A stretch of 64,000 nt of DNA from Amoebophrya sp. A120 (taxonomy: Eukaryota > Protista > Dinoflagellata): the NCBI GenBank assembly GCA_905178155.1, contig CAJINV010000002.1, positions 12,347,621 through 12,411,620 of the forward strand, written 5' to 3'. Positions 23,024 through 37,500 of this stretch are shown here, in pieces. Every line of letters starts with the position of its first letter. The stretch's first letter is position 1. Made by a program: the position numbers and the translations under genes. The notes beneath the pieces are model-generated. The model searched no databases, was not told the DNA's origin, and saw nothing but the letters and a program-made list of their open reading frames with translations.

Positions 23024-24819
23024 CAGGTAGGGATAAACTACTGGTGCTCCGCGAGAAAAGAAGAGTTGCGCTGTCCATTCAGTATTTCCTCCGTGCTAAG
23101 TAACCAGTCATCCAAAAGTTGTATGTATGTCCGATGGATAGTCGGTGGAATCGATGATCGGTAATATCAATAGGACCAGGGCGTCGCACAACTCGTATAT
23201 ACAACGACCGCGAGGAACCGAGGACCGATGGAGAAATTCTCGTAATGAAGTTGAAAGCTTGTCGTAACAACACTCTTGAAAATGAATGTAGTAAAGCTGA
23301 GACAAAACTTTGTTTTTAGCAGTGGAGGACGACTTGCTTCGACGTTTAATGCTTTGCGCTTGCTTTTCGCGGGTAAAGTCTATTTCTTTTTCTTTATTTA
23401 TTACCAGAGACGTATACATCAAGTCAGGTTCGTCACCAATTGATTCAACTGGAGAACCTAATGCTAATACTCAGTTTCAGGGGGGGGCGATGGGTCACCT
23501 GCAACAATCAGTTGAAACTTCGAAAGAAAATTGATATTCACTGAGCAGGCCAGGAGCTAGTGATATTGCTATTGCATTTCACCAGCTGCTACAAGTACGC
23601 TCGTTCTCTCAATCGCAATATCTCCGTCCTTCAGACTCTAATGCGCGCGTACGCGTTTTATCACCAGGGATAACATTTGTGCGCGGAAAGTGCCAGAATA
23701 GGAAAGCACAAACCCGACACACAATAGAATGCAGATTCATTCACAATCGGCCGACATCTTTAATTCCGAAGTAAAAGCCATTTTATCCTGCGTCCGCGCT
23801 CTTTGGGAAGGAAATCGAAACACCACAGTAGCTCCCCTACAAGAGCAAGTGCAATCGTCACAGAAAATATGTTATATCGAACACGCGTAACCAATAGCAA
23901 TACGGAGCTTTCATTTCATCTCTTCACTTTTTTTTTCATCTTTCTGTTTATCCTTGCTATCGTTTCTGGCATGGCCATTGATACACATAGACTTAAGGCG
24001 AGCGTTCAAGGTCATCAATATTCGGTACTTCTAGTTTGGGGAAATCAGGGTAGTTTGTGTTTGCGTTTGGAGAACCGACGCATATCTGCATTGATGTGAG
24101 CCACGGTTTGTGATTTCATCACGTTCCAGCCAGAACGGCCTGCTCTTGCGTGATAAACAGTAGTTTTGCCTTATCTGTGGATACCTCCACTATCACCATT
24201 TGTATGAGCATCAGTTTTTATGTTTTCATTTCCATTCGTGCGTCACTGTTGTATTTATAGCGATTGCAAGATGCGCTCCGAATAGCGTATTGACAACAGT
24301 GCTGTTACTTAGGCTTCATGGTTTAGGTTTTGCTTTTGCTTCCCTGCCTGTACGATAGGTTTGCAGCAACTTTTTACTTCCGACGAGCGTCCTCTGAAAT
24401 GTTGGACGTTGGTATCGCACTCCGTTGAGCAGAAAATCGCATATGTGCTGTTTATTCTGTTTACGCGTTCCCCCGGATGGTACATGATGCTGGAGGCGGC
24501 ATAAACGAAGAACCTTCAAAACGTCAAAACAGGAAAGTAACTTCTAGTGCTTCCCGTCGCCTCGCTGTCACCGTTCCCGCGGCTGGGAATCTTTGCACGA
24601 CAAGGCTGCTCCACCTCGCAACTCTCGAGTCGGTTCCTCCTGCTCCACACCCTGGACGACATTAGTCACTGACACTCTTGGTGATGTTGCACTGGTGCAC
24701 GTAAATCTGCCCTGAACACAGCTGGCGCAGCAGTCGGGAAGATAGCTCGGCAAAAACAGTCGAAGACTCACGTCGTACTCAACGCAGATTGTCCTCCAGG
24801 GCAGAATACGAAACCTCGT

Positions 24820-27283
24820 CTAGGAATACAGCACGACGTCTTGGCATCTTCGCTCGCGATCCTTGACGGTGATGGCAGAACCGCCGGGGAATGGGATGTG
24901 GATTCGCAGGAAGCAGTTATCCTCCGGTGAGTAGATTTGGTCGTTTTCGTCACCTGCATTGCTGGCGGCGGAAGCGCTCGGCGCCCCCAGAAACAGTTGC
25001 TGTCCGACGTTGCTTCCCATCTGCCTCGGACCGCCGGCCAAAGGTTGCGGTCCGTCCATCAGGAGACTAGAAAACGCGGACGAGTTGGGACCAAGTTCAC
25101 TCATGCGCAGTTTTCGTCGCTCCAACGCGGTAGCCCCGAGCCGTCCACACAAGTTTGCGCCCCAGTCGGTGGTGCGCCCGTCAAACGCATGCCCAGCGAC
25201 GTTCTCGAGCTGGTAGAAGAAAAATCAAATGTACCACGGCCATAAGTACATAGAAACAGGATCGACCTTCGAATGCGCCCTAACTAGGAAATAAACTCGT
25301 CAAACTCACTGCTGCACTTCTTTACAAACCCATAAAACTCAAACAAAATAGACAGATTCTTGATGTTGTCAATACAGATACAGAAGACAATGGACCACAA
25401 AGGTTTCCGGCAAAAGACGAAGAACAAGAAACTTCGGCGTAAAGTTAAATACCTGCCGAACGAACAGGTTGGCGATTCGCATGAGATATCAAATGCAAAA
25501 ATGTCTGGGTCTGGGAGACTCCGAGATTTGTCATGCAGTTTTTCCAAGCTCCCCCACGTCTGGAATGCAGGGCCTAGCATCACAGGTTCTGCAGCTCCTT
25601 GGTGATGCGTATTCTGCATGAGAAATGCCCTCTCAGCATGGCCAGAAGTGGGCACCTTTTGCACGTTTATGCATCACAGATCTTTGTAGGATCCGAAACA
25701 CGCATCACAAGTTCGGATTCTTCCAGACACAAACATATTTGCATTTGATATGAGAACCCGCCATCTTCCAGCGTGTCTTTCGTTAAAGAAGCCGTTTGCA
25801 GGCTCTTCCGTTTATCAACTGTAAAAATGTCTGGGTCTGGAAGAATTCATGTTTGTCATGCTTGTCTCGCATGACTCTTAAATCTGTCACGCACGCTACC
25901 CAAGAGCTCCGTTTTTCTGTGATGCAGAAGCGCAGTTTGTCATGCAGAACAGGCAACACCTAGGAGCTCAGAAACTTGTCATGCTGAGCCAGCATGTGTA
26001 GCCTCATCATGAGACGCCGCCCAGCATCACAAGTTTCCAGACCCAGACATTTTTACATTTGATACCGTTTCCCCGCTTGCAATTTTGCGTAGCTCGGACT
26101 CCGAAACGCAGACGATGCGCAGGCACAGTTGACCCACATCCGCCTCGCTATTCACCGGCTTGGAAGGAGTGACAAAAAACCGCCCTCCAGCTTGATTTCG
26201 AGTGCACGTTATTGTGAAGACATACCTGAATACAAGTCCCGGTTTTTCGGTAAGTAACATGTGGATACCTTCTAACATTACAGGCATGGTCGGTGGCGCG
26301 AACGAGTCAAACAGAAACAAATCTGAACAGTAGACATGTGCTAGCCGGAGATCAAACAGACTCCATGATCCCTAGCACAACAAAAGCACGAAGATAAAGA
26401 AGAGTAATCGTGTACCATGCGCTCCTGTAAAAGGATTCGTTTTGCCTGGCCTCGTTGAAGAAGATGTGGGCAGGTGAAAAGAGTTCCGACAAGGAGTTTG
26501 TGCACTGGTTCAACACTTGCCACTTGTCTTTCACACTCATCTTCACCGGAAGCACTACCTCCTCATCCGGACTGTCGACGCACTAGGTTCATCAATGATC
26601 AGTGTGGTTGCTCCTTCAAATTCAAACACGAGGACCCTTCGGGTTGTATAAATGCGTTTGCGTACTCATGCGTATCGATAAATGTGGACGATGCTCCACG
26701 TTCACTCTAAAACTAAATAAAAAAAATAAAAATCACGACGGCACAGAGACTACAGACATATTACCTCTAGGGCTGCTTTCATGATCTTCGCCCGGATATA
26801 CTGGTTTGGAAACAAATCGTCGAGGCGGCGGACAAACAATGTCCGTTTTTCCACCCGCCCGATTTCCAAATGCTCCGTAGAAAGCAAACAGGCCTGCATT
26901 CGATTGAAGTCTACCTGGTTCCGATACTCGAGGCGCGCATCGAGCAGCTCCGGGAACCCGAGCCAGCGCAGCAGTAAGTTGCGCACCGCCGTCCGGGTTT
27001 GCACCCAGGCTTGGCTACTCGAGGTGTTTGCAGGCAGAAAGCCGCCGCTCTTCAGAAACGAAACAACCGCAGCGGAAGTGGAGATGAGCAGCGCTGCGAG
27101 AAGCAGCTTCGCTTTACGTGTCGAGGGAGAAAGGGTGCTTAATCGTAGGAAAACGGACACCGCTACCTGGGCGAGGCTGGGAGGCAGGACGCGAAACAGT
27201 ACGGCAAGCGCGGCTCCCCCCGGAGGGGAGGGAGCGGCTAAAATCGCAGCGCTAGAAGACGAGCCGCTCGTTGCTGTTACCAT
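24820..27283 (-). CDS. Hypothetical protein with N-terminal hydrophobic segments, multi-exon
   Basis: Exon ORFs 26750-27325, 26352-26555, 26027-26320 and 24820-25152. Frame restored across both introners (ASGET-EEPANGFFNERHAGRWRVLM-RIANLF). Confidence 0.7.
25487..25750. mobile_element. 264-bp TIR introner, direct repeat TGAGA
   Basis: tgaga|tatcaaatgcaaaaatgtctggg...atatttgcatttgata|tgaga. Confidence 0.92.
25813..26064. mobile_element. 252-bp TIR introner, direct repeat CCGTT
   Basis: ccgtt|tatcaactgtaaaaatgtctgggtctgga...tccagacccagacatttttacatttgata|ccgtt; near-identical inverted copy of 31042-31293. Confidence 0.95.
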
Positions 27284-29600
27284 GATCTCCGACGTTCGCG
27301 CATGCGTATGTCTAATGTGGATCACGCAATGCTATCAGAAGCCCTCATCTCGACCACCAGCACGCAAAACTCAGCTTTGTCGTGAAGGACAGACCAAAGC
27401 GTGTTAACCTGCAGCTGCAGCTGGAAGTCGCTGACATTTCTTGATTTTCTATATTTGAATACTGCTCCTAGCACAGGGAAAGAAAGCAACCAAGAAAACA
27501 ATCGTCAAGGTCATTCCTTTGCTACACTTGTTCTCACTCCCTGGCTTCTGACAGCGAAGCAAGTCAAACACTACACTGCTTGAAATCCTTATCCTAGGTA
27601 GTCTGTTATTAGGTACATGTAACCACGCTATCTCTACTTCGCCCCTCGAACTCGATGCAGGAGCTAATAAAGCTAATGGAAGTATACTATTATCAGCACC
27701 AACGACAACAACCCGCAACCATTAAGAGCGCCACCTGCTGCAGGAGTCTTGGTGGAAAATTAAATTGATGGTGCCAGGAAGGTTTCGTATTCGTTTTCGG
27801 TTTTCCACCTCAGCGATGTGAAAATAAACTCTCATTCTCATCGTTCTCATGATTGACACCGTTGGTCATGCTCACCCTGTTAAGTGGGCTGAAAAAAAAT
27901 CACATGATGCACAAAAACCGATGGAAATTCTCTGCAATTTCTTCGCAAAACTGACAGCGCTGAACACCTACACCACTTGGTCGCGATTGCACGTACTCAT
28001 TCCCGAAGGAACTCTTCGGGCAGAAGGCACATGCCCAAGGAGCCAACGTCTGCACTGCCGTACAAGGCTCGCTTTTTGTAGTTTTTCTTTTTGAGGAAGA
28101 TAATTTTGATAAATTGTTCAGATCGAGCAGCACGGGTTTTAGCGCAGCCAGCTACACGGAATCGGTTTCATTATCGGCATTTTTTGTCTGAGAATTAAAA
28201 TTATTTCAATTCAATTGCTCATCCTGATATCTACATATTTCTTGTTTCAGGTCATCTTTAGGTCACGTGCGTGGTGAGAGGTTCGTCGGGCCTGCGCTTC
28301 CGACGTGAAAGATTTTTTTAGTTGTTGGATAAGGGTAGTAGTACCTAATAGAGATGAAGCTTTAGTCTGTACAATAACATTTGGAGGTCACCTTTAATTT
28401 CTTTTTGAATTACCACAGAGCATTTAATTCTTTGCGTAGAAATGAAAATGATACCGACTGTATTGACATTTCTACCAACTGAAATTGAAGTACAGCAAAT
28501 TGGGGCTGGCATTTTTTGCTGCGTTGCTAAAGAGCTAATGAACTGGAGACAGACACTGGTGCTGGATAAACAGCAACACTAAAAGCTCCATCGACGTAGT
28601 TGCTGTGCTTCCGGCTGTGTTGATGTTGAAGTTGATTACTGTTTCTGTTCATGTTGAATCAGTGGCGCCGGCAAGCGAGCATTGCATAGATCAATGCAGG
28701 CGGTCCGTGCAGAATGCCAGCAGGGAAAGCTGCAAATCTCAATTTTGGTTGAAGTAGGAAATTAGGGTGATAAGTTCATCTTTGCTAAACTGGAAAGCAC
28801 AGATAGAAATAGGCATAGGAACACTCATCGATTTCGATTTCACACAGACATATAATTAAACGTATTGAATTTCTACGAACAAGCGGGCTCGTCTTATTCC
28901 TGTGCCTTTCTTAGCGCTACGTCTTTTTGTAGTGTGAACCTGCCGATGCAGCCCGGAGACTACCAGGCAGAGGAAGCCACACGATGTTGCGAGAACCTTG
29001 AAATAGATGCCGCGTCTAATTTATTATTGTGGCAAAACAATTATTTGCGATATTAAAGTTCAAATCAACGTTGAGATAATCTGTAAATGATGAAATAAAC
29101 TAGGTTGCGCTGTATCTGTAAGCAAATCAGTTCACTACCTTCTGTGTCTGTAGTCATCAGTGAGAGTGAAATACTAACGCAGGCTGTGACAAGGTTGCTG
29201 GGGCTGGCGATATCCGATTCCCATCTTCCTAAGCCTGTAACGCGACAACCTGAATCAATCGATGATGGAAAGAAGGATGGTATTGCTTCCTTTTGAACTT
29301 CATGAAGAGACAGCTGCAACTCTGCGCATTCAGTCTTCCAAAAGTGAACAAAGAAGCCCTATATTCACGGTTACAACGGTATAATTCTTCTGCAGCTTCA
29401 ATAAAACCAAAATCCTGACTCGTCTTAAATACCTGAGCAGCTGTCGCGTCACCGCGTCCGCAACCATTTCTTGTCACCCATCTTCATCATCTGCACTTCT
29501 GATTTGTAAAGTTTACAGTGATGAAGCTACTACAGGTAGTATTACTAAGTGTGTTGAGCAAATCTGTCTGCTTTTCCATTTAAATTTATTTTCATCTCGA

Positions 29601-32600
29601 CTACAAGAAGACGACGCAGGTCGTGATGTTGTCCGCGGACCCGCGGTTTTTGGCTACGTCGCACAGATTGGAAGCCACCCGGCGGAGCTTGTCTCCCTTA
29701 CCGCTGTTGTGCTTGCTGGCAAGCACGATACGCGCGACATCGTCCTCGTCGAGCACGTCCCAGAGACCATCAGTAGCCAGGCACACACACACATCATCCG
29801 GCTTCAACTCCCGCTGGGCGTAGTAAGGCTTGCAGGTCACACCCGATGTCTTAAACGCAAAGTCGCCCAGTGCTCTGTGTAGAAGTAGTTGTGATAGTGT
29901 TTGTTACATCGATTATGTCGATGTTCGAGTTCGTTAATTATGCTTGTGCTGAAGGAGAAGGTGAATTCATAAAAATCAGTTTCTACTCCTTCTTGGAGTA
30001 TCAATCTTCTCAAAAATCGCGAATCGACAAAGCCAGAAAAAGTGTGGCAGTTCCTCCAAGTAGAACTAGAAGCAAGTGCAACTACTTTACATACATCTTA
30101 TCACCAGGCTTGTTTTTGATCGTTGCGCGAATAGAATAGCTGCAGCACCGCGGCATTGCTTTTCGTTCTTTATCGTTTTTCATCACGTAATCAATAGTAA
30201 ACGTTGAGAAATGTACTACCTCGTCAGCATCAACTGCCCACCAACGCGGCCCCTGCTAATCACGCCTCCCTCCGCGGTGACGCGAGCGTGCTCTGCCGGG
30301 TCGCTGGCCTTGTGGTCGACGGTGAGCCGCTCGCCGCCGGAGGTGCTGTTTACCAGACTGGCGCGGCTGTCGCCCACGTTTCCGATGAACAGGGTGCGGA
30401 TGGGGGGCTGCTGCTGGTTTCCCTGCCCCGGCGGCGAGGGTGGCGTGTAGATTAAACCGACCGTACACGTCGTGCCGCAGTGCCACGCGCATCCGAGATG
30501 CCGGAGCTGCGTGTCGATCGTTTGAAAGGATCGCTCAAACACGCCGCGAATCTGGGAGTGGGCAAAGTGCACATGCTGCAACTCCTGGAGGAAGATCTCG
30601 TGCAGGTGGGCGAGGGTGTAGTCCACCACGGCCTTGCCGCCGTGCCCGTCGTAGCAGCCGTAGTAACTCCACGAGGGATCGCATCCTGAGTAAGAACGTA
30701 CCCACACCAGAGTCAGGATGGGGATTTTGCAACACAAACCTAGGAGTTTTGTGAGTCACGCATGACAAGTTGCACTCTGCAGTGTAGTGCAGGTTAGCAA
30801 GTGCAGCCGCGTCACAGATTCATCTGCTCATCCTGTTCACAGCATCACAAATTCCAAAACACGACTGGAAATGGCTCTCATGGGGATGCGCATTCCAAGT
30901 CTTCCTGTCTTTGCAAATCTGCATTACAACTCTGGTGTGGGTACGTTTTTACTCAGGATAGATCGCCGCCGAAGTTGTCCTTTATGATGAACGCGTCCTC
31001 CATCGCCGGGCGGAACCCGGGGTTTGCATCCTCGGCGCCGATATCAAATGTAAAAATGTCTGGGTCTGGAAACTTGTGATGCTGGGTGGCGTATCATGGG
31101 GAAGCCATAAGTGCTGGCTCAGCATGACAAGTTTCTGAGCTCCTAGGTGTTGCCTATTCTGCATGACAGACTGCGCTTCTGCATCACAGAAAAGCGGAGC
31201 TCTTGGGTAACGCGCATGACAGATTTAAGAGTCATGCCAGACAAGCATGACAGACATGAATTCTTCCAGACCCAGACATTTTTACAGTTGATAGCCGAAT
31301 GCACGGGGCTTGATGACGTGAGCATTTGCGTTCGCGTTCTGGTTTGCCTGCTGTTGCGCCGCGTGTTGGGCCGCATGCTGCTGAAACTGGGGCTCAAAGT
31401 GGTCGATGCTGGACGTTCCCGGGTGCTGCCGGGGCGGGTTCCCGTGGCTGCCGTGGGACGCGGACCGCTGCACCCCCCTGTTTTCGTGCCGGTGGTTGCC
31501 GCGGGGCCCGCCTGGGTGCCCGTGGTCGCTTAGTCCCGGGAGGGAAGAAGTCGACTGGTGAAAGGCGTGATTTCTGCCGCCCCGGGCGTGCTGCAGGCTT
31601 CCGTACGTGTCCAGCATGGGCTCGACGTCTGACTGGGACTCGCCGTGCTGCAGCATATGCGATTGGTGCACCCGCTGCTGCTGGCTGTGCTGCTGGCTCG
31701 AGTTCTGGTTGCCGCGGCGGTGGCTCGGCTCACGGACCGTGCGGAAGCCGAAGCCGTTTGCGAGCGTCAAGTTCTGGAGCCTCGACGGCACTTGTTGCTG
31801 TTGCTGCGCGTGGCCCTGCTGGTGCGCGTGCGGCAGCTGATTCCACGGATTCGAGGAACTTTCGAGACCACTGGTTCCGTGCGGCGCACTCACGACGCGA
31901 TCCTGCTTTGTTCGGTGGTGGTTGGCATGGTACCTCGTCGCAATCGGCGTGCTAGTTCGCCCGCGGCGCGGGTCGTGAACCAAGTTCGGATCGTCTACTG
32001 ATCGCCCGCGGGATCCGCGCCGATTCGTCACGTTCAGGCGACCACTCTGCTCGAGGCTCCGCATTCTCTGGCCGTAAGTTGAAGTGCGCACACCCTCGAG
32101 AAGACCTAGAGAGACATGATAGCAAAAGTAGTAGTTGTTTCATCTTTCATCACAAAAAAGACTTCTTTGACTTCAAGTCATGCGTCATTGATTCGCGCAG
32201 CTGATGGTGCCGTTTGTCTGACGACAAAATTCTAATTCATAAGTAATTATAACTAGGCGGAGATACACGTAGCCGTAGGGCTAGGGGCAGCCGCCGGCGC
32301 AGTCGCAGGGATGTAGATGATCATGTTGGTTCTAGTGATAAAAATGAAAAAAAGACTCGATTTTTTTTTGTGTAGTTACCTTGCAAAGCGTCCTTGTCGT
32401 AACTGTGCCCCCCTCTCTGCGACGAGAACATGTGATCGCCAGAGGAGTGGCGCAAGTGGTCCTTACTGGTTAGCCGGCCGAACACCATGTTGCCAGTGGC
32501 GGCCAAGGGCCGCGGCTGTCCCTTGAGCCAGGACATGCTCTTCCCTTTCGTTTGTTGCTGAGGTCCACTAGAGGAGGACGAGGAGGAACTCGTGGCAGGA

Positions 32601-32674
32601 TGATGCAATGCCTGGTACTGTTGAGGGTTCTGAAGGAGGAAATGCGGTAAGGCGGTCGTCTCAACTTCAGGCAT
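29601..32674 (-). CDS. Protein phosphatase 2C (PPM family) with a long Q/H/S-rich N-terminus; start uncertain
   Basis: RPAMEDAF, YDGHGGK, CGTTCTV, GNVGDSRASL, LTVDHKAS, GRVGGQLMLTR, LATDGLWDV, GSADNIT. Confidence 0.92.
30682..30960. mobile_element. 279-bp TIR introner, direct repeat GATCG
   Basis: catcctgagtaagaacgtacccacaccagagt pairs with actctggtgtgggtacgtttttactcaggata; removal gives FGGD-PSWSYYGCYDGHGG. Confidence 0.93.
31042..31293. mobile_element. 252-bp TIR introner, direct repeat GCCGA
   Basis: gccga|tatcaaatg...acagttgata|gccga; removal gives PRAFG-AEDANPGFRPAMED. Confidence 0.95.
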
Positions 32675-34507
32675 GTGGAAAAGAAAAACCCGAAGATCTG
32701 AAGCAACCTCCGCGGGATCTCGTTCTTGCACGAAGCTGATTCAACATCTATCTCGTCTTTATCGTTTCACAGGAGTGGTCAGGATTTTGATTTTCTTGAA
32801 TGCGAAAATATTGCATCTGCAATTGCAAATGCAACGTTCCGCCCGCTAAAAGGTTCGTTTCGTGGTGAATTGAAATGGCCTTGCTTGCAAACTTTCGTGC
32901 ATGTATTCGTGACTTTCTCGTCTTCCTGGCCCTGGAGGAGCTTGAGTACTAACGAACATAGCTAAGCCTAAGCCAGAAATGAGAGGGTAGGGATATTACT
33001 CTAGCCTTAACTTTTAGCGGTGGAAGAAGTTGTTGTTATTTGGTCGTAGTCACTTTTATTTTTGGAAAGTAGGTCATGAGGTGAAGCGTAGACGACCCAA
33101 AATATCTGCTACTGCAGAGATATACTGCCACACGACCCACAGAAATGCCTCTCAATTTCAACCTGAACGTACGCAAAAACGATTTCTCATAGCTGCAGTC
33201 ACACATGCACAAACCGACAGACAGGGCTAAATTGCAAGCTCTATCGATACAACGGTCGCAGCTGGACAGATGAATTTGAATTCAATTGATGTACCTCTAA
33301 TAATTGGCTTAGTTTTTGTTGAGGGAAACGTCGATCCATAAGGGGAGAGAGTGACAGAAGAGTGAAAGCGCGACAGTGTTTGTTGAATCCTAGCAAGCTG
33401 CGATGTATGTGGAACAGAAATAGTGGTGCGCAGGAGGAGCTACTTCAGGAATGTGTACACGAATAATTTTTAAGCTGTGTATTTATCGTGAGTAGTAACT
33501 TCATCCACCGCAGTAAACGACCCAGTAGCAGTATAGTACTATGGCTACTCGATTACAGGACGAACTCGAGTTGTTATAGCGAAACCAATTGTTTGTGTGC
33601 CGGGTGGGCGTAGGCTAGATTTCAAACGAAAAGACTTCGGGCGGACACGACAAGTACTTAAACTAAAAAGTGGACGAGTGAGTATCTTCTTCATCGTTCT
33701 CGTTTTCTCGCTACTCACTACCTGTTCTACTGCTCGGCAGTCTGCTACTCTCGTCAACTCAATCGCAAACCCAATCGCTCTTTCGTATATTACTACATCG
33801 ATATCCTTTTGCTTGTCCCATGTTACGACACCACGCACTCTACTCTCGACACTCAACCTCGACTCGAGTACTAGAATTTCATTTTTGCGAAACAACGATA
33901 CGGTGGCCCACATCCGTTCGACGTCGACGAACTACTGAACATAAGTGAAGATGCACGAGAAGTGCGTAAGCGTGGCCGGCGTCTGCGTTGACGATCAGAT
34001 CTCTAGCTTTATTTCCTTTATCCGGTAGCTCAGTTGACGAGAAAAAGCGGACGAGTCTTCTGTCTCCTCGGAGAGGACATCGTACAAAAAAAGCTCCAAC
34101 AGGCCCGCACTCACGCACTTGTTGACCACGTCATCGGTAAAATACCACAGGGGGGGTCCTTCACCAGTGAGAACTTCGCGTGCGTCGACGTTGCCCTCTT
34201 AATGTAAATAATTCCTTCCAGACAGATGAAACGGAGGTACATACAAGTACTTACTTTTTTTTCAAGTGGTATCCTTGCGAAGACGAAAAGACAACCAAAA
34301 CCGTATCCCTTTCAGATTCAAAAAAAATGTATGTCTTTGCACTTTTCCTTTTGTTTCTCCAAGGCAATATTCTCGCCCGGAAGGCGTCCAAAATTTGATT
34401 GATTGTCAAATAGCACTAGTTGTAGGATGAGCACGAAAAAAGCAAAATCATAGAACTGTTTCTGTTTGAAAAAAAACCTGCATTCTCTCGTGATTTAGAC
34501 GTTAGCG

Positions 34508-37500
34508 TCAGGGATAGTTTCCGCGAATCGCCTTGCCGTAGATTTCGACTCCGCTTAGGCCCAGATTGTAGCTGCCGGAACTATTCTTGCCCACTTGCAC
34601 CACCCGGAACGCACGGAATGCAGCATTTGGTAGTCCTTCTTGGTCGGTCCCGTTGATGGGCAGTGTGCAATCAAAGTACCTATTTTGTATTTTCTTTTTC
34701 ATGTAAAGCATGAGAAGGAGCACTGTATGCATAGATTCGATAATTTCTATTTATGATCGTACTGCGGTCCTCACACGACACGCAGCAACACAATTGAAAA
34801 AAAATGTATAGATATTGGCTTGCTCTTATTCACGTCATCAATGGAGGAGAAAGCGGGCGTGAAAAAAAAAAATCAGATGAAGTACGCAGTGGCTCCGCTC
34901 TTCCCGACGAGCAGCTTCGATTGCCGTTGTTCATCCAGCACTATCCACTTTGCGTTCGGGTCTTGGGGATCCTTGCTGCCCTGAAACTGCCACGAAACCA
35001 GGGCGTGGCTCGTCGTGTTCCTGGATCGTAAGCAATACCCAGCGCAGACAAACAGACGGTCCGTGAGCAAGTCCACCCCGAAGAAACTGTTCTCCGTATT
35101 TTGCGTGCGCAAGTTGATGGCCTCGCGCCCTACCAGGTCCTCCGACTTGCCAAACCCAACACCGGACTTCAAGACTTGGACTTGACCTGAAGCCATCACA
35201 AAATAAAAATAAGTAGTAAAGGCTTTCCCCCCGGTGCCCACGCGCCCGCGAATGAGACTGCCTCTGATGGACGTCGATCGGAATCACATTCGATTCTCAA
35301 AAAATCCCACTCTCACAAATTGACAGTCAAGCAACCCCTACTTCTTCTATCTTGAACTTTTCTAATTGGGGACGTCTACTAGGCGGCAAAAATGCATTCC
35401 TTTGTATCCCAGAAAGTACCTAGTCCCTGCGGATTTTTCCACGCGGCTGTTTTTCCCTTGGTCGCCAGAAAGAACAGAAGTCCGTTGGTGTCGAAGTCCT
35501 TCTCTTGCTCGAAAACGAACGGGTTATCGAGACTTGCAGCGCCACCGAGCACCGGTGCAGGTTTTGTCTCGATTTTCATGGTCTTCAATGGTGATTTTGG
35601 ATCTGCTAATGGCAAGGATTTTCTCCTACCGCCGGGCTTCACTGGAACCAGTGCGCGCATCTGTAGTTGATGTTGATTGATATTCCATGTGAACCTCGTC
35701 AAGTGGAAAAGTGAAGATACACGCGGCTAGGTTGTAGATTGGTAGACGCATGCATAGACCTTCCACATGCACATATAATCAAGCAAAAACGATAATTCAT
35801 AAATCAATTGTTGTTTACGAGTGAATTTCTGGGTTTGCATTCGTCGTGCACGCCACCGGGCTCGTAGGCCGACAGCCTCGAGGACAACGCTTCGACCACG
35901 AGGTGTTGCGCGTTTGCCTCGTGCAAAACCGGGTCCCGCGCTGCGTCCACGAGCGTTTGATGTTGCAAGAAGGGAAATCTCACTGCGTCCAGCAACGCGT
36001 CTACGTCGACTTCGTCCAGCGGCAGACCTGCTTTCACCTCGGGTTCCTTGTTCGGGTCTTCTTCTGCCCCGCCCTCCGCCCCCTCTTCGCCTTCTGCAGG
36101 CGCTTCGGCCGGTGGTGCGGCTTCTTCGCCGGCGCCCTCCGCAGCCCCCTCGGCTCCCTCCTCGCCATCGGCCGTGCCCTTCTCTGCTATGGTGACGCTG
36201 AACTGGATCTCGCCCATCGGCTGACCCTTCAGGCTCACGGTCACGCTGTAGACGGGCTGGTCCTCGGCCGCTTCCGCATTTTCCTCGCCCGCGCCGCCCT
36301 CACCGGTTTCTTCCGCTGTGGAAACCGGCTTGGCCTCCTTGGACGTTGCGTCCAGTGCCGGAAGCCCGAGCCTCTTCCGCGCGCTTGGAGACGAGGGCTG
36401 CTTGACGAAGGCTTCCCGCGGTAGGACACCTTCCGCAATGACTTCGTACCGCAGCGCGTTGTCGACTTTGACTTCCTCCGACGCGCCCTCCGTTTCTGCT
36501 GGCAGTATTTCCTTCAGCGCGCGAATCACCAGATCCGGGGCCTGCAGGGCAGAAACGTTGGTGTTGTACAGACTCGGCATCTCGAGGGACAATGCGTACC
36601 TGGCGTCGTGATCGAGATCGTGTCAGTGATAATCAAAAATTTACGCTTGTTTATCCAGCCAGTTACCTAAATTCGCAAAACAAATACTGCGTGTTACAGT
36701 TACTACATGCGCACATACAATGAACCTCCTGTCGGTTGTAGTTAGTGCGCGGTTTCTCAGTTTTAAGAGGCGGCCGTAAAAATAGCAGAAAGAAAGTCGG
36801 CATACCCTTCCTCCTCAGGAAACGGAAATTCTCCACGGGTGCCGGGCTCGATGGTTAACCTCTCTGTCGTCCTTGACGCGTACTTTTCATTTTCCGCTGG
36901 GTAATAACTGCCTTCGCAGATTGCGCAACCTGAAAAACATAGGAAAAGAAACAAACTGGCCCTCTGCCTCTTGCAGTAACACATAAACAGGTTGGCACTT
37001 TTGAAAATCTTCATAAAAGAACAGCAATAGTTGTCGTATCAGGTGCGCATATCGCAACAAAACAAATACAAACAGCTAAGATTGGCATACCTGACTCCAC
37101 CACGAGCACCTCGAACAATGCGGGCTGATTCACGAAGTACTGCGCTTCCATGATTTTCACGTTGTTTAGCGTCAGGGTCTGCTCTTTTCGCGGTAACCGC
37201 GTGCGCAGCACTTTGTTCACCAAGGAATACACTTCACCTTCGTCCTGCACCAGCAGATCGTCGTCTTGCAGCAGGGGCAGCAGCGTGGTCATCGGCAAAC
37301 GCACCAGTTTCGCGTGGTCGTCGGCGTTCAAATAGCAGTACTCGTTCAGCAGAGCCTGCCGCGCCATTTCGCAAAGATCGGCGGCACCCGACCCGAGAAG
37401 CGTAGCGTGATAGCTGTAGTTGTGAATGTTGATTCTTAATCGGTCTTACTTATCAATGCAACTTGTCGTCCCGCGTACATTGGAGTTTTACTCGAATTTC

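Noticed and set aside
27450-29560. Short minus-strand ORF fragments in an AT-richer interval
   Set aside because: No recognisable domain or consistent exon chain; possibly decayed sequence.
19183-31079. Recurring peptide SNVKMSGSG in several short ORFs
   Set aside because: It is the translation of the introner TIR, not a protein family.
33545-34118. ORFs 33545-33913 and 33879-34118
   Set aside because: Non-ATG starts and no motif; a gene call cannot be supported.
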